Shown here: one piece after another, positions 1-10,137 of the stretch
How positions within the stretch are numbered: the stretch's first letter is position 1
Layout: every line of letters starts with the position of its first letter
DNA from: Clostridiales bacterium
GTDB taxonomy: Bacteria; Bacillota; Clostridia; Caldicoprobacterales; UBA3941
Assembly (NCBI GenBank): GCA_012735575.1
Contig: JAAYGY010000056.1
Coordinates: 29,360-93,359 of the forward strand
Length of the DNA stretch: 64,000 bases
Direction of reading: 5' to 3'
Notes under the pieces: generated by a model
What the model saw: the letters and a program-made list of their open reading frames with translations, nothing else
Told to the model about the DNA's origin: nothing
Databases searched by the model: none
Translations under genes and position numbers: made by a program

Positions 1-95
1 ATGCCTACACATGAACCTAATCCCAATGTAACCAGAATTCCTGGTGATTTTACTACATTAAAATCTGCCATACCTACTTTTATTCTTTCTATCAT
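1..95 (-). CDS. cheD: CheD chemoreceptor glutamine deamidase (5' end only; continues beyond window start)
   Basis: Not in ORF track. Minus-strand ATG at 95-93 (ATGA overlap with cheC stop, GGAG 7 nt upstream) translates MIERIKVGMADFNVVKSPGILVTLGLGSCVG, matching the conserved CheD N-terminus with GLGSC Cys motif as I recall it. Confidence 0.8.
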   Translation of the reverse strand, partial: MIERIKVGMADFNVVKSPGILVTLGLGSCVG

Positions 96-703
96 TTATA
101 AACTCCTAAGGCTTCTAAAATAATAGGATATGAATCCACATTGGGCATTAGGAAAAAATTGCCCTTTATCTTGCTTGAACCATCTATAAAGACATTTTCT
201 ATAAATAAGGCATACTCCCCCATTTGGCCAAATTCGATCATGGGAACGCTTAATATAGCGCCTGCCATATCGTAAGCAAATGCTGGGGTAGAATGTTTAA
301 TGGTTAGACCTGTCATAACAGAAAGAGACCCGAGATATGCCCCTGCCAAAATATTACCAACCTCTTGCAGGGCAGAACGTTCCAGTGGAGAAAAATCTTC
401 ATCATATTCTGCAAAATCATTGGGTATTAATAGGAATAATAGATTATTAGCAGATGCTCTGTCTAAAATAAACAGAATTGTCCCTTGAATGTCACCTGAG
501 AATTCAAAATAAACTCCGGCTACTAAGGTTTCTGCACCTCCAACTACCATTTCTACTTGATTAAATTGTATTAGTTTAACCTCAGGTACATTCATACCCA
601 CCCTTCTACTAAGAAGCTTAGATAAGGAAGTAGCAGCATTTCCTGCGCCTATATTTCCTATCTCCTTTAAAACATCAAGCTGCATCCCATCTAAAAAATC
701 CAT
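92..703 (-). CDS. cheC: CheC chemotaxis CheY-P phosphatase
   Basis: 203 aa; duplicated CheC-type motif D/S-x3-E-x2-N: LDVLKEIGNIGAGNAATSLS and SALQEVGNILAGAYLGSLS; sits between cheW and cheD as in Bacillus-type che clusters. Confidence 0.9.
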   Translation of the reverse strand: MDFLDGMQLDVLKEIGNIGAGNAATSLSKLLSRRVGMNVPEVKLIQFNQVEMVVGGAETLVAGVYFEFSGDIQGTILFILDRASANNLLFLLIPNDFAEYDEDFSPLERSALQEVGNILAGAYLGSLSVMTGLTIKHSTPAFAYDMAGAILSVPMIEFGQMGEYALFIENVFIDGSSKIKGNFFLMPNVDSYPIILEALGVYK

Positions 704-705
704 AT

Positions 706-1152
706 CTATTCCCCTATGTCTAATGTTTTTATTAAATCTAACACTAATATGTACGTTCCATCCAGTTCGATGATTTTAGAAATAAAATCATTTTTATTGT
801 CCTTAAATATGTTTTCTCCTGTATGGATATTATTCTCTTGAACTATTAATACATCCTTTACCATATCTACTACTAGTCCTATTCTATAGTCATCTAAATC
901 ACAAATAATAATACGAGTATCATCATCGTACTCTTTATCATCCATTCCTAGTCTCTTTCTTAAGTTAATAACAGGTATTATATCTCCTCTAATATTAGTA
1001 ACTCCTAAAACATAATTTGGAGTTTTAGGAACATGAGTTATATCTGACAACCTCTCTACTGATTCAACTGCCATAACATCCAATCCATAATTATCATTAC
1101 CTAAAGAAAAACTGATAAATTGTTTATCACTAGCAATAGTTTTATTTCCCAT
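706..1152 (-). CDS. cheW: CheW coupling protein
   Basis: 148 aa single CheW-like domain (FSLGNDNYGLDVMAV...VTNIRGDIIPVINLRKRLG), directly downstream of cheA. Confidence 0.9.
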   Translation of the reverse strand: MGNKTIASDKQFISFSLGNDNYGLDVMAVESVERLSDITHVPKTPNYVLGVTNIRGDIIPVINLRKRLGMDDKEYDDDTRIIICDLDDYRIGLVVDMVKDVLIVQENNIHTGENIFKDNKNDFISKIIELDGTYILVLDLIKTLDIGE

Positions 1153-1171
1153 TATCCTCGCCCCCTCATAA

Positions 1172-3151
1172 CTAAACTAGACGATTAATGTCTAATATCA
1201 ATGCTACCCTTCCATCTCCCAGAATAGTTGCGCCAGATATCACTTTAATACTTGATAAGTACTTACCTAAGGATTTAATAACAATTTCCTGCTGTCCTAT
1301 CAAGTTGCCTATAGTAAGAGCGGAGAGTTTTTCCCCTTTCTTTATTACTACCAGGGTAATAAGATCATCTTGAGTTCGATCCTTGTAATCAATATCCAAT
1401 TCTTGCTCTACTCGTATCAATGGAAGCAATACTCCTCTGTAAGGAATAACCTCCTGTCCTCTCAGTTCTTTTATATCCGACTGCTTAATTTCTATTATTT
1501 CTTGCACCGAGCTTAAGGGGATAGCAAAAATCTCTTCAGATATTTCAACCAGTAATGCTTGGATAATAGATAGTGTTAAGGGTAAACGAACAATAAATCT
1601 ACTACCCTTGCCTTGTTCCGTTTCTACCTCTATAATCCCGCCTAATGCTTCAATCTTTGTTTTTACTACATCCATGCCTACTCCGCGGCCGGAAATATTA
1701 GATACTTCTTCTGCAGTACTAAAACCTGGCTGAAACATAAGATCTATTATACCTTTATCATCCAATTCCTTAGCTTTATCTTCTGTAACTATGCCTTTTC
1801 TTACAGCATTATCTACAATGGATTTATAATTTATGCCACGACCATCATCTCTGACTTCAATTACTACGTTGTTACCATCATGATAAGCAATTAGTTCGAC
1901 TATTCCTTCGGGATTCTTGCCAATCTTCAATCTTTCCTCTGGTAATTCTATTCCGTGATCAATGGCATTTCGAAGTAAATGAATTAGAGGATCACCAATT
2001 TCATCAATAATTGTCCGATCTACTTCTGTATCAGCTCCAATAATATTCAATTTAATGCGTTTATTGGTGTTTTTAGCTAAATCTCTGACTACCCTCGGGA
2101 AACGATTAAATACCAATTCTATAGGTACCATTCTTACCTTCATAACTGCATCGTGGAGTTCATTAGCAACTCTGGAAAGGTACTCCATGTTCTCCATCAA
2201 TGTAGAATCCACATTGTTACCACTCATATCTTCCATGGTGTTTTTTATGATTATAAGCTCACTAACTAAATTCATTAGTAGATCTAATCTTTCAATATCT
2301 ACCCTAATACTACGAACTTGGCGGTTTGAACTATTGATCCTTTGTTGCTGGCGCTGACTAGCTTGCGTATCACTTTTTACTTCATTAATTATATTCTTAG
2401 ATGATTCCAATTGATTGAACTGGACTTTTTTTATCTTTACTGAGTCAATTTCGGAAATGGATTCTATCTTTGATTGAATATCCATTTCATCAGCTCTAGA
2501 AATAAGCAAAAGGCTAAATGTATCTTCAAATTTTTCTTCTTCTATATCCTGAACATGAGGTACAGATTTGATTATTTCACCAAATCTTTCGGCGGCCTGA
2601 AAGACCATATATGCTCTAGCTGCTTTTAACAAACAGGTAGGTTGCAGCCTTATTTGGATCCAGTAAGGAAATAATCCTTGTTCAGCACCAACCTTTACTA
2701 TACTTAATTGATACTGATCAAGCTCTATGTCTTTATAGTTTAAGTCCTGCTTAGCCAACATGCTAGTAGTAGAAGATGCTGGATTTTTCAATTTTGATAG
2801 GAGATCAGTAACATCCCTGTCCCCTTCTTGCCCTAAATCTATAACATCTTGAATCAGTGTTTCTAATGTGTCAGTGCTCTCCAGCAAAACGTCTATTATC
2901 TGGGAGGTTACTTCTTTTTTATGGTTGCGGATTTCATCAAGAACATTCTCCATATTGTGGGTAATATCGGTAATCATATTTAATCCTAATGTACCAGCCA
3001 TACCTTTTAGAGTATGTGCCGCTCGGAACAATTCATTAACAGCTTCTAGATTATTAGTATCTGCCTCAAGTTCAAGAAGATTATCGTTTAGAGCCTGTAT
3101 ATGTTCCTTACTTTCCTCCACAAAAAGATCCATATATTTATTGTTATCCAT
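1172..3151 (-). CDS. cheA: CheA chemotaxis histidine kinase
   Basis: 659 aa; HPt motif RAAHTLKGMAG, HATPase boxes DDGRGI and GRGVGMDVV, C-terminal CheW-like domain; AGGAGGTG RBS. Confidence 0.95.
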   Translation of the reverse strand: MDNNKYMDLFVEESKEHIQALNDNLLELEADTNNLEAVNELFRAAHTLKGMAGTLGLNMITDITHNMENVLDEIRNHKKEVTSQIIDVLLESTDTLETLIQDVIDLGQEGDRDVTDLLSKLKNPASSTTSMLAKQDLNYKDIELDQYQLSIVKVGAEQGLFPYWIQIRLQPTCLLKAARAYMVFQAAERFGEIIKSVPHVQDIEEEKFEDTFSLLLISRADEMDIQSKIESISEIDSVKIKKVQFNQLESSKNIINEVKSDTQASQRQQQRINSSNRQVRSIRVDIERLDLLMNLVSELIIIKNTMEDMSGNNVDSTLMENMEYLSRVANELHDAVMKVRMVPIELVFNRFPRVVRDLAKNTNKRIKLNIIGADTEVDRTIIDEIGDPLIHLLRNAIDHGIELPEERLKIGKNPEGIVELIAYHDGNNVVIEVRDDGRGINYKSIVDNAVRKGIVTEDKAKELDDKGIIDLMFQPGFSTAEEVSNISGRGVGMDVVKTKIEALGGIIEVETEQGKGSRFIVRLPLTLSIIQALLVEISEEIFAIPLSSVQEIIEIKQSDIKELRGQEVIPYRGVLLPLIRVEQELDIDYKDRTQDDLITLVVIKKGEKLSALTIGNLIGQQEIVIKSLGKYLSSIKVISGATILGDGRVALILDINRLV

Positions 3152-3173
3152 GGCTTACAACACCTCCTAAATA

Positions 3174-3839
3174 CTATATAAAACCTTTGTTAATTAGTTC
3201 ACGCTGTTTATCAAAAATAAATTTAACTATACGGTCTTGAACTTTTCTTGGAATATCTACAAAAGAAATTCCAATATCATATTTATCAGCATACTTATCA
3301 TCCAAAGCAACTCTGACTACTTTACCTCTTATAGTAAGGGTTTCTTCAGCGCTCAGTTCTATATTACATTCTATCATAGAATTGATATCTAGCTTTTCAT
3401 CTATATTTAGTCTTAAACCATTTCCACTTATATCAATACTGTAGCTCTTTATAATAGGCGCATCACCTTTAACATCCAGTAACTTAAGATTTACGGGCAA
3501 TACAATTCTAAGCCTATAAAATTGTCTTCTTTGAACTTTTTCTATAGGGGATATTTGTCTAATGCTAATCATATTAGCATTTTCTATCTTAAACCTTTCG
3601 ATTGGTTTTCCATCAAAAGCAAAGCAGGACTCTTCCTGAAAGAAGAATACTCTTAAAGTATCATTTAGTCTTATAACAACTGGTATACCATCACGCATTG
3701 GTTGAGTTATAACCAACTCTCCTTCTGAAGTTATATCCTGCACCATACTGTAACCTTTTGTATCTTCCTGGGAATCCCTTTTAATAACTATTTCTAACTT
3801 TCCACCAATTTCAATCATATCTTTTATATCCATATTCAC
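3174..3839 (-). CDS. PilZ-domain c-di-GMP receptor, YcgR/MotI-like flagellar brake candidate
   Basis: 221 aa; C-terminal PilZ signatures RRQFYR (RxxxR) and DISGNG (D-x-S-x-x-G); N-terminal YcgR-like beta domain; embedded in flagellar operon. Start GTG 3839 or ATG 3833 uncertain. Confidence 0.8.
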   Translation of the reverse strand: MNMDIKDMIEIGGKLEIVIKRDSQEDTKGYSMVQDITSEGELVITQPMRDGIPVVIRLNDTLRVFFFQEESCFAFDGKPIERFKIENANMISIRQISPIEKVQRRQFYRLRIVLPVNLKLLDVKGDAPIIKSYSIDISGNGLRLNIDEKLDINSMIECNIELSAEETLTIRGKVVRVALDDKYADKYDIGISFVDIPRKVQDRIVKFIFDKQRELINKGFI

Positions 3840-3875
3840 CCTGCTCCATGAGTTTTTGTTTATCTTGCATCAGGT

Positions 3876-4763
3876 TTAGTTGGCCCTAAATAGACTCAAA
3901 AACTTCTTTATATATGAAGTCATTCCGGTATTATGTCTTGTGTCTCCTAAATCTTCATTCAGTAATCTCCCAGCCACAATCCTTACCTGTCGTGATGCTT
4001 GACATTTAGGATAGCCTAGGACATAGGGAACTTGTTCTTTTATAGACTTTGGGACATGACTATCTTCTAGAATATATCCTAGGTTTTTAATTTTTACTTT
4101 AAGAAATTTATCAGCAGCATGTGAAAACTTATCAAATATCCCTTGGGCTTCATTTATATTTTCTGCTTTGTTTATTATTAAACGCAGAACTACATCTCGT
4201 CTTGAAGCTGATATAATTTTTGTTAAAGCATAGGCATCAGTGATAGCTGTAGGTTCAGGAGTAACTATTAGTAAAACCTCATCTGCAGCTAGGACCATTT
4301 TAATGATATTTTCTGTTGCACCAGCTCCTGTGTCTATAAGAATAATATCAGCCATCATGTTTAATTCATCTATCTTTTGCAAAAAGAGATCCAGTTCAGT
4401 AGTGCTTAGATTAACCAACTCCTTTATACCAGATCCACCTGATATAAACCTAACTCCATAGGGTCCATCTACCATAACCTCCTCCAGGCTCATTTGCCCT
4501 GTAATAACTTCTCTAAGACCATGCCTAGAGCTTGTTCCCAACATTAGATCAACATTAGCAAGTCCAAAATCACCATCTATTATTACTATTCTGTACCCCA
4601 TCTTAGCTAAAGAAATTGCTAAGTTTATGGTAAAGCTGGTTTTCCCCACTCCTCCTTTTCCGCTGGTTATGGTAATAATTCTAGCATAAGAGGTATTATC
4701 ATCTTTCTTATTATTCTGTATTTTAGATACTATTTGTCTCAGTTGATCAGCTTGGTCTCTCAT
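3876..4763 (-). CDS. flhG: FlhG (YlxH) MinD-like flagellar number regulator ATPase
   Basis: 295 aa; deviant Walker A SGKGGVGKTS; N-terminal DQADQLRQ helix (DQAxxLR FlhF-activating motif); ATGA overlap with flhF. Confidence 0.9.
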   Translation of the reverse strand: MRDQADQLRQIVSKIQNNKKDDNTSYARIITITSGKGGVGKTSFTINLAISLAKMGYRIVIIDGDFGLANVDLMLGTSSRHGLREVITGQMSLEEVMVDGPYGVRFISGGSGIKELVNLSTTELDLFLQKIDELNMMADIILIDTGAGATENIIKMVLAADEVLLIVTPEPTAITDAYALTKIISASRRDVVLRLIINKAENINEAQGIFDKFSHAADKFLKVKIKNLGYILEDSHVPKSIKEQVPYVLGYPKCQASRQVRIVAGRLLNEDLGDTRHNTGMTSYIKKFLSLFRAN

Positions 4764-5905
4764 AATTTCTTATTCCCTATCAACAAATCTTTAATTTTAT
4801 TGATGTTGGCAATTTCTATGTCAGTGGGTACATTCTGACCGGTGGTTATGTAGGATATAGGCCTATTAGACATCAAGCGGCAATTTAATATGGTGCCATA
4901 TGTAGTTACCTCATCCAGCTTAGTAAAAAGCAGGCTGTAATTCGGTAGAAAACTATAAGTATTTATTACATTAACACATCCCTGGGGGCTAGTGTTGCTA
5001 CTTATAACTAAATGGATCTCATCTATATCTCCTAAGGCAATTAATTCATTAATTTCCTTCTCATGGTCCTTGTCCTTCATGCTTCTACCTGCTGTATCAA
5101 TTAGCACTACATCTTTGTCAGCATGTTCCTCTAAAGCTGTAGTAATTTGACTTGGCTCATAAATAATACTCATAGGGATCTCCAAAATCTCCGCATATAC
5201 CCTCAACTGATCTACTGCTGCTATTCTATATGTATCTGCAGTTATAAGTCCCACTTTTTTATTCTGCTCTATAGTAAAATTAGCTGCTAGCTTAGCCAAT
5301 GTAGTAGTTTTTCCAACACCAGTTGGACCTACAAATAGAATAACTTTTCGTTTTCCTGGTAATAATTCAATAGGCTTGGCCTTATTACCTAAACAATCCA
5401 TTATAACATGCTCAAAGCATCTGCAAAAGTCCATACCATTTTTACTATATAGCTCTTTAGCCTTTTTTAATATATCAACTGCATATTCCTGTCGTACTTC
5501 ATTATCTAATAGGACATCATAATATTCCTTGCCTTCGTTTATAGTTTCTTGGATAACAGTAAGTTCTTGCTCAGTCTTTTTTTGGTTATTATTAATTACT
5601 TGGCTCACCAGCTTTTGCACCATCTGGCCCATAGCATCAACTTTTTTTTCTAAGCTAGTGATAACATCTTTATTATACTGAACTTCCTTTGTTTGCGGAG
5701 TATTTTGATCAACTTTGCCTTTTGATACCACAATTTCATTGTCAATAGCAGCAGTAACTTCCATTAGTGGCTTGGAGAACCAGCCAATGATGCCCTTTTT
5801 TCTAATCCGTCTTGTATTTAATATAACCGCATCTGAACCAAGATCCATCTTTACCTGAGCCATTGCCTCTTGGGTTGTATTAGCTATGTATCTTTTTATA
5901 ATCAT
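4760..5905 (-). CDS. flhF: FlhF SRP-type flagellar GTPase
   Basis: 381 aa; G1 GPTGVGKTTT, G3 DTAGR, SRP54-type NG domain; position between flhA and flhG. Confidence 0.9.
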   Translation of the reverse strand: MIIKRYIANTTQEAMAQVKMDLGSDAVILNTRRIRKKGIIGWFSKPLMEVTAAIDNEIVVSKGKVDQNTPQTKEVQYNKDVITSLEKKVDAMGQMVQKLVSQVINNNQKKTEQELTVIQETINEGKEYYDVLLDNEVRQEYAVDILKKAKELYSKNGMDFCRCFEHVIMDCLGNKAKPIELLPGKRKVILFVGPTGVGKTTTLAKLAANFTIEQNKKVGLITADTYRIAAVDQLRVYAEILEIPMSIIYEPSQITTALEEHADKDVVLIDTAGRSMKDKDHEKEINELIALGDIDEIHLVISSNTSPQGCVNVINTYSFLPNYSLLFTKLDEVTTYGTILNCRLMSNRPISYITTGQNVPTDIEIANINKIKDLLIGNKKL

Positions 5906-5909
5906 AGAT

Positions 5910-7958
5910 TTATCCGCTCACCACCCCTAAAGATTGTACTTCAACCTTGCTATCTAGTTCGTTATAAGATAGTACTACTAAATCAGGCATTATTTGTTCT
6001 GTTAATCTTTTGAAATAAATCCTAACTACAGGTGAAGTTAAAATAATAGGTGTTACACCTAATGAAGACACCCTCTCTACCTCTTTCATGAGATTGGCAA
6101 ATATCTGCTGGGTCTTTTCAGGTGCCAGAGAGAGATAGGAACCATGTTCTGTTTGCTGTACACTGTCCATTATTTCCTTCTCTAACTCATTGTCCAGAGT
6201 CAGCACTTTACCTTTGCTGTCTCCTATAAATTTCTGAGTTATGGTTCTAGATAGTGCTTGTCTAACATACTCTGTTAAAATATCAGGATCCCTTACAATT
6301 CCAGCATAGTCAGCCAAGGTTTCTAAAATAGTTACCATATCACGGATAGATACACTTTCTTTTATTAAATTGGCTAAAACCTTCTGAAGCTCCCCTAGGG
6401 ATAATAGTTTAGGAACCACTTCATCCACTAATACACTATTTCTATCCCTTAAATTGTCCAATAGCAATTGTACTTCTTGACGGCCTAATAACTCATGACC
6501 GTATTGTTTAATTATCTCAGTTAAATGTGTAGCTATCACAGAAGGAGGATCTACTACAGTATATCCCATAAGTTCAGCTTTTTCGCGCTGATCTTCATCA
6601 ATCCATTTGGCAGGTAAACCAAAAGCTGGTTCTACAGTATCAATTCCTTGGATTTCACCTTCAGCTAAACCAGAATCCATTGCTAAGAATCGGTCAGCCA
6701 TAACCTCACCTCTAGCAACAACTGTTCCTCTAATCTTTATAACATATTCATTCGGATTTAACTGTATATTATCGCGTAATCTTACTACTGGTACAATTAA
6801 GCCTAACTCTAAAGCCATTTGTCTTCTTATCATTACCACCCTGTCGAGCAAGTCTCCTCCCTGGTTTACATCAGCCAAAGGAATGATACCATAACCAAAT
6901 TCTAATTCAATGGGATCCACACTTAGAAGGTTTACTACATTCTCAGGCCTCCTTATATCCTCGACTTCCTGTCTGGTTATTTCTTCTTCCTCTAAAACTG
7001 GTGCTGCACTTTGCGCACTAAGCAGGGTATATCCTAAATAAATAAGTAGTCCCCCTAACGGTATAAGAACCCATACAGGAAAACCTGGAAAAAAGGACAT
7101 TAAGCATAAAAGTACACCCGAAATTATCAAGACTGTTGGTTGTCCAGTGATTTGATTGAATAAATCCTGCCCTATGCTGGATTCTGAAGCAGCTTTAGTA
7201 ACTACAACTCCCGTTGCAGTAGAAATTAATAGTGCTGGGATTTGAGAAACCAAACCATCTCCTACTGTTAGTAAGGTATATGTAGATATTACTTGACTAA
7301 TATCCATATTCATTGTGGTAAATCCTACTATCATACCACCGATTATATTAATAATTGTTATAATTATACCTACTATCGCATCTCCTTTTACAAACTTGCT
7401 GGCTCCATCCATGGCACCATAAAAGTCTGCTTCCCTTTGAATATCCTGTCTTCTTTTTCTTGCCTCTTTTTCATCAATTAAGCCTGAATTTAAATCTGCA
7501 TCTATTGCCATTTGTTTTCCCGGCATTGCATCTAAAGTAAATCTTGCAGCTACTTCTGAAACTCTTTCAGATCCTTTGGTTATAACTACAAACTGTACCA
7601 CAATTATAATAAGAAATATAACCAGACCTACCCCAATATTTCCTCTTACCACAAAATTTCCGAAAGTTTCAATTACCTTTCCTGCAGAAGCTTCAGTTAA
7701 TATAAGTCTAGTGGAAGATACGTTTAGTCCAAGCCTAAATAATGTAGTTATTAGTAATAAGGAAGGAAAAATGGAAAAATCCAGGGAGTTTTTCACAAAT
7801 ATACTAATAAGCAATATGATTAATGACAAAGATAGATTTAGGGTCAACAATACATCTAGTATTGTTTCATTTAAAGGAAATATGATCAGCAACACAATTG
7901 CAATTACTATAAAGGCTAACAAACTATCGGCAAACTTCAACCCTAAACCCTCCTTCAA
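5910..7958 (-). CDS. flhA: FlhA flagellar export apparatus protein
   Basis: 682 aa; N-terminal multi-TM region, FHIPEP-type motifs (GAMDGASKFVKGDAI), large cytoplasmic C-domain. Confidence 0.95.
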   Translation of the reverse strand: MKEGLGLKFADSLLAFIVIAIVLLIIFPLNETILDVLLTLNLSLSLIILLISIFVKNSLDFSIFPSLLLITTLFRLGLNVSSTRLILTEASAGKVIETFGNFVVRGNIGVGLVIFLIIIVVQFVVITKGSERVSEVAARFTLDAMPGKQMAIDADLNSGLIDEKEARKRRQDIQREADFYGAMDGASKFVKGDAIVGIIITIINIIGGMIVGFTTMNMDISQVISTYTLLTVGDGLVSQIPALLISTATGVVVTKAASESSIGQDLFNQITGQPTVLIISGVLLCLMSFFPGFPVWVLIPLGGLLIYLGYTLLSAQSAAPVLEEEEITRQEVEDIRRPENVVNLLSVDPIELEFGYGIIPLADVNQGGDLLDRVVMIRRQMALELGLIVPVVRLRDNIQLNPNEYVIKIRGTVVARGEVMADRFLAMDSGLAEGEIQGIDTVEPAFGLPAKWIDEDQREKAELMGYTVVDPPSVIATHLTEIIKQYGHELLGRQEVQLLLDNLRDRNSVLVDEVVPKLLSLGELQKVLANLIKESVSIRDMVTILETLADYAGIVRDPDILTEYVRQALSRTITQKFIGDSKGKVLTLDNELEKEIMDSVQQTEHGSYLSLAPEKTQQIFANLMKEVERVSSLGVTPIILTSPVVRIYFKRLTEQIMPDLVVLSYNELDSKVEVQSLGVVSG

Positions 7959-7969
7959 GTTATATTTTT

Positions 7970-9073
7970 TTATAAAGTTTTTCCCTTAAGCTCAAATACA
8001 AAGGCAAGAACTTCAGCCACTGCTTGGAAAAGCTCTGGTGGGATTTCTTGTCCTATATCAGTTGAATTATATAGTGCGTGTGCTAAGGGCTTATTTTCAG
8101 TAATAATTATATCATTTTCTTGTGCAATCTCTTTTATTTTTAACGCTACATAATCTTTACCCTTGGCTACAACAACAGGGGCGTTATCTCTATCTGGATC
8201 ATACCTAAGAGCAACGGCATAATGGACGGGATTAGTAATAACAACATCTGCATGAGCAACCTCCTGCATCATCCTACGCATACCCAGTTCTCTTTGTTTG
8301 CTCCTGATACGGGAACGAATCTGAGGATCTCCCTCCATTAGCTTATATTCATCCTTTACTTCCTGCTTAGTCATCATTAAATCAAGCTCATATTGCCACC
8401 ACTGATAAGCAAAATCAAATACTGAAAACACTAATAATATGATAGCAATTTTTATTGCTATATTGTAGGCGTTATCTAAAATCATATAAACACTTTTTAT
8501 AATGTCAGCTGAGTACCAAAGATGAAGTTTTTCAAAGTTATTAATTATTTCAGTATAGACTACACTTCCAATAATAGCTAATTTTATTATAGACTTTACT
8601 AGTTCCACCAAGGAACGTTTGGAAAAAATCCTTTTAAATCCTTCTAAAGGATTTATTCTACTCAGTTTCGGAGTAATTGTTTTGGTAGTAAATAGAAATC
8701 CTACCTGGACATAGTTGGATACTAAGCCTGCTGCCATAACTATAAGCATAAAAGGTCCTATATTCGTTATCAATATCCTGCTTATGTCAATTCCTAACTT
8801 TCTAAGACCCTCGTAGGAATATACCTGATTTATGGAAATACTTCCATTAAAGAATCCTACATACGCTTCCATAATACTATTCATTATGGTAGGAAATATA
8901 ATTTTTAAGGAAGCGAAGGCGGCTAAAAGAACTATGGCAGAATTTACTTCAACACTTCTAAAAACTTGTCCTCTTTCCCTGGCATCCCGTCTTTTCTTTA
9001 AGGTAGCTTTTTCAGTCTTTTCACCTGCGAACAATTGAAGGTCTATTACTTTATTGCCATTTTGCAGAATCAT
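7970..9073 (-). CDS. flhB: FlhB flagellar export switch protein
   Basis: 367 aa; N-terminal LQLFAGEKTEKATLKKRRDARERGQV and autocleavage-type NPVH site (VITNPVHYAVAL). Confidence 0.95.
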   Translation of the reverse strand: MILQNGNKVIDLQLFAGEKTEKATLKKRRDARERGQVFRSVEVNSAIVLLAAFASLKIIFPTIMNSIMEAYVGFFNGSISINQVYSYEGLRKLGIDISRILITNIGPFMLIVMAAGLVSNYVQVGFLFTTKTITPKLSRINPLEGFKRIFSKRSLVELVKSIIKLAIIGSVVYTEIINNFEKLHLWYSADIIKSVYMILDNAYNIAIKIAIILLVFSVFDFAYQWWQYELDLMMTKQEVKDEYKLMEGDPQIRSRIRSKQRELGMRRMMQEVAHADVVITNPVHYAVALRYDPDRDNAPVVVAKGKDYVALKIKEIAQENDIIITENKPLAHALYNSTDIGQEIPPELFQAVAEVLAFVFELKGKTL

Positions 9074-9840
9074 TTAAGCATCATTCCCCTCAATGCTTTA
9101 CCTATATCATTGAACATTCCGTCATAGATCCCCTTTAAAGAGTTAATGAATAAAGGTATAAAAATTAAAATAGCAATAAGTCCTATTAAGATTTTGATAG
9201 GGATACCGACTATAAACACATTCATTTGAGGAACCGTTCTTACCAGTATACCAAAAGCTACCTCGGATAGGAAGGTCATAGCAATTATCGGTAATGCAAT
9301 TTTTACAGACAATACAAAAGAGTTTGCAAAAAATTTTATCAATAAAGTAACTAACTCCCCTGTAACTGCCCCTTCCCCTATGGGAACAATATCATAACTG
9401 AAGGAAATAATTTTTATCAGGGTGTGATGCCCATCTAAAACAAAAAAGGCTAAGAGAGCAAGGATATTTTTAAAATTACCCATTAGTGGAACCTGTATAC
9501 TGCTTTGGGGGTCAATAACGTTTACCATGCCAAAACCTATTTGAGTGTCAATTAATTGCCCTGCAGTCCATATGGCAGAAAAAAAGATAGTAGTTATAAA
9601 ACCAATAGTAAAGCCTATCAATACCTCTCTTGTTATCAATATAGCAAATTCAAGAAAAGATCCAAGTTCCAGTTGACTATCCAAAAATCTATTACTAAAA
9701 ACAATATAAGTTAAAAGTATTGATAGTCCCCATTTTAAATAATTGGGGATATTCTGCCTTCCAAAGACTGGTGACATCAGAAAAAGTCCGGTCATACGAA
9801 CTAAAACTAATAGAAAAACCTGAAATCTTAGTATATCCAT
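9070..9840 (-). CDS. fliR: FliR flagellar export gate protein
   Basis: 256 aa polytopic membrane protein between fliQ and flhB, 4-nt overlap with flhB. Confidence 0.9.
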   Translation of the reverse strand: MDILRFQVFLLVLVRMTGLFLMSPVFGRQNIPNYLKWGLSILLTYIVFSNRFLDSQLELGSFLEFAILITREVLIGFTIGFITTIFFSAIWTAGQLIDTQIGFGMVNVIDPQSSIQVPLMGNFKNILALLAFFVLDGHHTLIKIISFSYDIVPIGEGAVTGELVTLLIKFFANSFVLSVKIALPIIAMTFLSEVAFGILVRTVPQMNVFIVGIPIKILIGLIAILIFIPLFINSLKGIYDGMFNDIGKALRGMMLK

Positions 9841-9847
9841 ATAAATA

Positions 9848-10135
9848 TCACAACCCGGTTAGTAAGTTTATAGAGTCATATAAGTTAGTAGTAAACTCAG
9901 TCATAGTTTTTATTATCCAGGGCCCAAATAGAAGCAGCGCTATGGCTACTGCTAATATTTTTGGAATAAACACAAGAGTTTGTTCGTTAATCTGAGTTGT
10001 GGCTTGAAAAACAGCAACTATCAAACCTACGATAAGTCCTAATCCTAGCATGGGAGCTGCTATAATTATACCTGTATATATTGCTTGTTGTGCAATGGTA
10101 ATGATTTGCCCCTCACTCAACTCTGTCACCCCCAT
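9848..10135 (-). CDS. fliQ: FliQ flagellar export gate protein
   Basis: 95 aa, two TM helices, QATTQINEQTLVFIPK motif typical of FliQ/SctS. Confidence 0.9.
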   Translation of the reverse strand: MGVTELSEGQIITIAQQAIYTGIIIAAPMLGLGLIVGLIVAVFQATTQINEQTLVFIPKILAVAIALLLFGPWIIKTMTEFTTNLYDSINLLTGL

Positions 10136-10137
10136 TT

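Noticed and set aside
7576-7989. Long antisense ORFs on the plus strand (for example 7576-7989 137 aa, 14726-15142 138 aa, 10616-10966, 15544-15900, 16855-17199, 58526-58843)
   Set aside because: All lie fully inside well-supported minus-strand genes. They have Ser/Ile/Leu-rich low-complexity translations, no RBS and no recognisable motifs. They are typical shadow ORFs of the opposite strand.
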